A program made the translations under genes and the position numbers. Under the pieces are notes generated by a model. The model was not told the DNA's origin and searched no databases. It saw nothing but the letters and a program-made list of their open reading frames with translations. Positions 16,479-20,000 of a stretch of DNA of 20,000 bases are shown in pieces. The DNA comes from an uncultured virus (IMG/VR IMGVR_UViG_3300032309_001794) (Duplodnaviria; Heunggongvirae; Uroviricota; Caudoviricetes): IMG/VR virus record IMGVR_UViG_3300032309_001794. One strand, written 5' to 3'. How positions within the stretch are numbered: position 1 is the stretch's first letter; every line of letters starts with the position of its first letter.

Positions 16479-16551
16479 TACCCCCAGCTGGATTCGAACC
16501 AGCGACCTTAACATTAGAAGTGTTTCGCTCTATCCACTGAGCTATGGGGGT
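16479..16551 (-). tRNA. tRNA-Arg (anticodon TCT, reads AGA)
   Basis: ACCCCCA TA GCTC AGTGGATA GAGC G AAACA CT TCT AA TGTTA AGGTC GCTGG TTCGAAT CCAGC TGGGGGT A. The A20 Arg identity element is present. CCA is not encoded. Confidence 0.95.
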
Positions 16552-16552
16552 T

Positions 16553-16598
16553 AGATATTGGCTGAAGTGAAAGGAGATAACGTCTTCAGCCAATATCT
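16553..16598 (-). other. Perfect 15-bp inverted repeat directly 5' of the tRNA
   Basis: + strand reads AGATATTGGCTGAAG - TGAAAGGAGATAACGT - CTTCAGCCAATATCT. Confidence 0.85.
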
Positions 16599-16600
16599 GT

Positions 16601-16792
16601 TTATTTTACCACAGACTTTTTATGGCAATCGCAACCACAAGTAACCGTATCCCCTGGTTTATGGTTCGCGCTTTCTGTAGCAGTTACATAAGATTTTGGG
16701 CAACTTTCATGGTCTACCTCATTAGGCCATCCTCCACACCAACCGAATGTAAAGGTTGACGGTTTGTTTGTGTTGGGCTTACTTTTTGTCAT
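16601..16792 (-). CDS. Small Cys/His-rich putative Zn-binding protein
   Basis: FGWC...HESC...CGCDCH. Start moved to ATG 16792 (ATGA overlap, SD GGAG). Confidence 0.7.
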   Translation of the reverse strand: MTKSKPNTNKPSTFTFGWCGGWPNEVDHESCPKSYVTATESANHKPGDTVTCGCDCHKKSVVK

Positions 16793-17049
16793 AGCTCCCA
16801 TTCAATGTCTCCGGCTTCTCCATTAAGAATTTTATCACTGGAAGTTTTAATAATCCTTGAGTCATTCTCAAAGTTTTCATTCAACCACTCATAGAATTCT
16901 TCAGCGTACTCAAAACGAATGTCTTCCTCATGTTCTGGAAAACCATCTTCGTCTCTAACTGTGTCTTTAAAGTCTAGCCAGACTTCTTCTGGAAATTCAT
17001 AGGTCTCTAGATACATAACTGTTGCTAGCAAAGTATCGTGTATTTTCAT
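16789..17049 (-). CDS. Highly acidic hypothetical protein
   Basis: 86 aa ORF with SD GAGGAG. Confidence 0.75.
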   Translation of the reverse strand: MKIHDTLLATVMYLETYEFPEEVWLDFKDTVRDEDGFPEHEEDIRFEYAEEFYEWLNENFENDSRIIKTSSDKILNGEAGDIEWEL

Positions 17050-17117
17050 TAGTGCTCCTCAGTCACTGTTCCCGCCAATTTGGAAGGTATTTGTATTGTT
17101 TTGAGGGAGTCACACAT
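17049..17117 (-). CDS. Possible 22-aa leader ORF
   Basis: MCDSLKTIQIPSKLAGTVTEEH*. Its TAA overlaps the next ATG (TAATG). Confidence 0.3.
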   Translation of the reverse strand: MCDSLKTIQIPSKLAGTVTEEH

Positions 17118-17176
17118 TAAGTCAGATAGACTTAGTTATGTACCTCCTCAAGGTCGTAGTTATTCCCGTAACTAAT

Positions 17177-17215
17177 GAGAGGCTCTAAGGCTACTGTGCA
17201 ACCTTAGAGCCTCTC
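17177..17215. other. Perfect 14-bp inverted repeat (terminator or RNase processing site)
   Basis: GAGAGGCTCTAAGG - 11 nt - CCTTAGAGCCTCTC, 4 nt after the stop of ORF 17220-17399. Confidence 0.8.
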
Positions 17216-17219
17216 TGCT

Positions 17220-17399
17220 TTAATTCTCTATACGAACTTTAGGTCGAAAAGCTTCTTCACCTTTACGATCTAAATCAATATCAAAAATGAGACCGTCGCT
17301 ACTTAGCATTGTTAGATTGTAACTACTAGGATTTAAAAGGTCTATACCGCGACTGTCATCAACTTCTATGAGAATACTGACACGTACTTTTTTGATCAT
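17220..17399 (-). CDS. Hypothetical protein (59 aa), not in ORF track
   Basis: MIKKVRVSILIEVDDSRGIDLLNPSSYNLTMLSSDGLIFDIDLDRKGEEAFRPKVRIEN* with SD AGAAAGG. Confidence 0.7.
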   Translation of the reverse strand: MIKKVRVSILIEVDDSRGIDLLNPSSYNLTMLSSDGLIFDIDLDRKGEEAFRPKVRIEN

Positions 17400-17418
17400 A
17401 TGTGCCTTTCTTATTTAG

Positions 17419-17955
17419 TTATAGATCGACTTCTTCTTTCTCTACCCCTAGTACTTCTTTAAAAGACGTAGAAGTTATAGATCCAGAGAATATAGCTGCA
17501 CCATGAGTGCTCATGAATTTATCATCCATCTGTATTGCTGTAAGAATTAGGTTTGATAAATTTGTATACTCTTCGTCGTAATTAATTGCTTTCTCAGCAG
17601 CTTCTTTAGCAAGTTCGTATTGCTTATCTAACAACAATACTCCAGACACTAAACAAAGCAGGGGCGCTTTGTCAGAAGGTGACAAGTTTTGTATATCTGT
17701 GGTTTTAGAGTTCCACCACGTAAAGAAAGCATCCCTAGCAGGTTTTGACTCATTAAAGACATACAACATGGCGTCACGTATTGATAAACACTTAATTACG
17801 TCAGCCACGTCGGCTACCTTCACTAATTGTGGCGCGTTGTACACGCTTATGGTGTCACGCAACAGTTTAAAATGATTTACACGTGCATCTGGGTGTTCTT
17901 TAAGAAAAGTAAGAAAACCTTCTAACTCTTCTTTCGTTCTATTATTAGTTGTCAT
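17419..17955 (-). CDS. DUF4192-like (TPR-like helical) protein
   Basis: IRDA...W...APLLCL......A..A...A...D..Y..L..L...A resembles the DUF4192 C-terminal half. Start moved to ATG 17955 (SD AGGAGG). Confidence 0.6.
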   Translation of the reverse strand: MTTNNRTKEELEGFLTFLKEHPDARVNHFKLLRDTISVYNAPQLVKVADVADVIKCLSIRDAMLYVFNESKPARDAFFTWWNSKTTDIQNLSPSDKAPLLCLVSGVLLLDKQYELAKEAAEKAINYDEEYTNLSNLILTAIQMDDKFMSTHGAAIFSGSITSTSFKEVLGVEKEEVDL

Positions 17956-17963
17956 TTGCCCTC

Positions 17964-18158
17964 CTAGCAACTAGACATTATTAGGTTGTCCATGTTATCA
18001 AACAACCACTCATCTGAGTCAACCACTTCATACACTTCCAGGGAAAATATGTTGTGGTTAGACATTTCTTCTACTTTTGCGATAAAACTACTCGCATCCT
18101 CACTTGTGTTAAACCCACCAATCATTGATTGGGTATCTGGGTCACTAACTATGAACAT
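17964..18158 (-). CDS. Small acidic hypothetical protein
   Basis: 64 aa ORF with SD GGAGG. Confidence 0.75.
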   Translation of the reverse strand: MFIVSDPDTQSMIGGFNTSEDASSFIAKVEEMSNHNIFSLEVYEVVDSDEWLFDNMDNLIMSSC

Positions 18159-18167
18159 AGTTCCTCC

Positions 18168-18884
18168 TTAGTTACTTACTTCAAAGTAATTACCGTTGGC
18201 ATCAATACCAATGGGTGAATGGCTATCCCAAACACGCCCCTTGAGTTTGTTACCGTATTCTTTCTTTCCTACGCCGTTACAGTTCCAACACTTAGCACGT
18301 TCTTTAGGTGTTTGATGGTATTGCGTATAGCCATGTATGCACGTTCGATGTTTGTGTTGAGTTCGTGCTTCCCACATAGCATCTTGTGCTTTATCCCAAT
18401 TATCTCTCTCGTTGATGAAGTCAAAGCTTTGTACAACTTTTGCTGCTGCTAGAACTGCTTGGTATTGTTCACAGTTTTCATCACTGCAGCCATTTGGACC
18501 CCAACAAGTTCCAGGCACTGTACCAACACCGCTACATTTTCTACAATTCTGTAACTTACTTGGCGTTGTGCCGTCAACGGGAAGGCTAATTACTAAGTGA
18601 CCTTTGCGTACGACCATTTTTAAGTTAGGAACGTACTCCATGTAGATACGTCTAATGGATTGGTATCCAAACCTTGGTCTATGCAAGATGATAGACCCAT
18701 CTGATTTATATACGATGTAATCTCCACCATGCCACCCTGTAATACGTACCGCAATGGCGTTTGGGTTTATTCTTACTAGCTTTACACCTGGTTCTTTAAG
18801 AGTTCGTTCTGTTTTGAAAACAGAGCGTGCTCCTTGTAGCCATGCTTCTGCCGATGCATAGTCTTTAACACCTGACCGGTTCAT
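18168..18884 (-). CDS. Hypothetical protein with DnaJ-type CxxCxGxG Zn finger
   Basis: CRKCSGVG and CWNCNGVG. No J-domain HPD motif. SD GAGGAG. Confidence 0.8.
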   Translation of the reverse strand: MNRSGVKDYASAEAWLQGARSVFKTERTLKEPGVKLVRINPNAIAVRITGWHGGDYIVYKSDGSIILHRPRFGYQSIRRIYMEYVPNLKMVVRKGHLVISLPVDGTTPSKLQNCRKCSGVGTVPGTCWGPNGCSDENCEQYQAVLAAAKVVQSFDFINERDNWDKAQDAMWEARTQHKHRTCIHGYTQYHQTPKERAKCWNCNGVGKKEYGNKLKGRVWDSHSPIGIDANGNYFEVSN

Positions 18885-18909
18885 GTTGCTCCTCTCTTTA
18901 TGTTAATAA

Positions 18910-18937
18910 TGAGTGGGCGCATTTCTGCGCCCACTCA
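18910..18937 (-). terminator. Intrinsic terminator after the vWA gene
   Basis: - strand reads TGAGTGGGCGCA-GAAA-TGCGCCCACTCA-TTATT: perfect 12-bp stem with a GNRA loop. Confidence 0.8.
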
Positions 18938-18943
18938 GTTGTG

Positions 18944-20000
18944 TTATGCGTGAATAGCTGACCTGATGGTCGTAGTCACAACTTGCTTAGCAAACGGAAG
19001 TAAATCAGCCGCTGTAGTAACAGAGCCACGAATAGTACAAGAGTGGAACATGTCCAACCCTTGCTTACTGTATCCGTCCTCTGTGTACTGGCGCTCTAAG
19101 TACTCCAACTGCTTTGGGTTAGCAATAAGAACCATAACTGTAATGACTCCCATTGCATTCATGCGCTTGATCATATCGTCATTCTTGTTATGATCGAACT
19201 CGCCATCGGTAATTAAGAACATCATCTTAGTTTTACGACGACTGGTCTTTAGCAACCTCTCAGTAGCAACCAATGCGTTATGTGGATTTGTGCCACCAGA
19301 ACCGTATACAAACGGTAATGATGTCTTATTAGCACGTTGATTACGATCAAACACTACTTCGGTTTTATCGTCAAACGCATAGATTGTTGTACTGGCAGAT
19401 ATTTGTTCTAGAGCGCGTTTAATAACCCAGCCTGCTTCTGATGCACGCATGTCGTTATTATCTCCACCCATAGAACCTGATCGATCGATAAGCATGACAG
19501 CTTCGATATCAGTACCATCGCTGCCTTCTTCCCATCGATCAAACGCGTTGTCAATCTCACATCCACGAATTACGCGTTGGACATTGACACGACCAGATGA
19601 CATTTCCCGTTGCCATGTTGGCTCGCAATCCTGCTTGAGGCGTTCGAGTTCACGAGCAAAACGACGTGCTGCTAACAGCACATTGCTTGGGACTTCTACA
19701 TTGTCATACTTACCTTGGCGTACTGCATCTTCGTGCTTACCATCGCCACCAATAATGACGCGCTGCTTGATTTTGATATCTTGCTGCACATCCTTACGGT
19801 TGTAGATGTCATTCTCAATGGATTCCATGATCTCAATAATGTTATCTGGAATACCGCCGAGACTTTGAGCACTACCTTGACCGGGTGGAGCATTACGAAC
19901 TGTAGTATCTCGCTGTTCCAATGCTTCTTGAATGGTTGTGGGAGGAACGAATACGTTACCTACGCCACTACCGTCTGCACCACCTGGGCCATTGTTTGTG
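18944..20000 (-). CDS. von Willebrand factor A domain protein (CobT/NorD-like architecture), 5' truncated
   Basis: MIDAS motif DRSGS, GGT, ITDGE; upstream SGRVN. The frame stays open from 19921 to the window edge (TNNGPGGADGSGVG...), so the true start lies outside the window. Confidence 0.9.
   Translation of the reverse strand, partial: TNNGPGGADGSGVGNVFVPPTTIQEALEQRDTTVRNAPPGQGSAQSLGGIPDNIIEIMESIENDIYNRKDVQQDIKIKQRVIIGGDGKHEDAVRQGKYDNVEVPSNVLLAARRFARELERLKQDCEPTWQREMSSGRVNVQRVIRGCEIDNAFDRWEEGSDGTDIEAVMLIDRSGSMGGDNNDMRASEAGWVIKRALEQISASTTIYAFDDKTEVVFDRNQRANKTSLPFVYGSGGTNPHNALVATERLLKTSRRKTKMMFLITDGEFDHNKNDDMIKRMNAMGVITVMVLIANPKQLEYLERQYTEDGYSKQGLDMFHSCTIRGSVTTAADLLPFAKQVVTTTIRSAIHA

Noticed and set aside
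16394..16598. Hammerhead ribozyme suggested by CTGAAG...GAAA segments
   Set aside because: The core reads CUGAAGG or CUGAAGU rather than CUGANGA, and I could not build the three required stems.
16217..19893. Track ORFs on the + strand or in alternate frames within the - block (16217-16540, 17669-17875, 17986-18171, 18219-18452, 18412-18600, 18966-19193, 19449-19805, 19696-19893)
   Set aside because: They overlap real genes. 16217-16540 is antisense to the tRNA; its PPAGFEPAT segment is the usual artefact of translating a tRNA.
18944..20000. Cobalamin biosynthesis (CobT) feeding the B12-dependent NrdJ
   Set aside because: Only the generic vWA domain is visible and no other cob genes are present.
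1..20000. CRISPR array, transposon, integrase or stop-codon reassignment
   Set aside because: No regularly spaced repeats and no transposase or integrase motifs were seen. Recognisable proteins are full length under the standard code, and all three stop codons terminate genes.

Overview
This window looks like part of a large dsDNA tailed phage genome, fairly AT-rich (roughly 40% GC by eye, not computed). The host is probably a low-GC actinobacterium, inferred from DUF4192-like, MSMEG_6728-like and HicA-like genes. Two gene blocks converge on a bidirectional terminator at about 15.1 kb. The + strand block (1-15060) carries DUF6378, a RuvC-like resolvase, SpoVS, a metallophosphoesterase and a 5.4 kb run of low-complexity proteins, several with small Cys/His knuckles. 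It continues with an overlapping three-gene unit (pol-beta nucleotidyltransferase, degenerate PNKP-type HAD, degenerate TGT/DpdA-like barrel) and a class II B12-dependent ribonucleotide reductase. The - strand block (15132-20000) resembles early genes: a partial vWA protein, a DnaJ-type Zn-finger protein, DUF4192-like, small ORFs, tRNA-Arg(UCU), an orphan HicA-like RNase and a pyrimidine-dimer glycosylase. Four observations stand out. (1) The 3' trailer of the tRNA can adopt two mutually exclusive pairings that either hide or expose the hicA Shine-Dalgarno. (2) The NTase/pseudo-HAD/pseudo-TGT unit has no function I recognise. (3) AGA codon use is sharply partitioned (0/30 Arg codons in nrdJ versus 14/25 in ORF 4892-6043), matching the encoded tRNA. 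(4) A perfect 15-bp hairpin next to the tRNA 5' end displays an anti-Shine-Dalgarno loop. All family calls come from motif recognition, not database searches.
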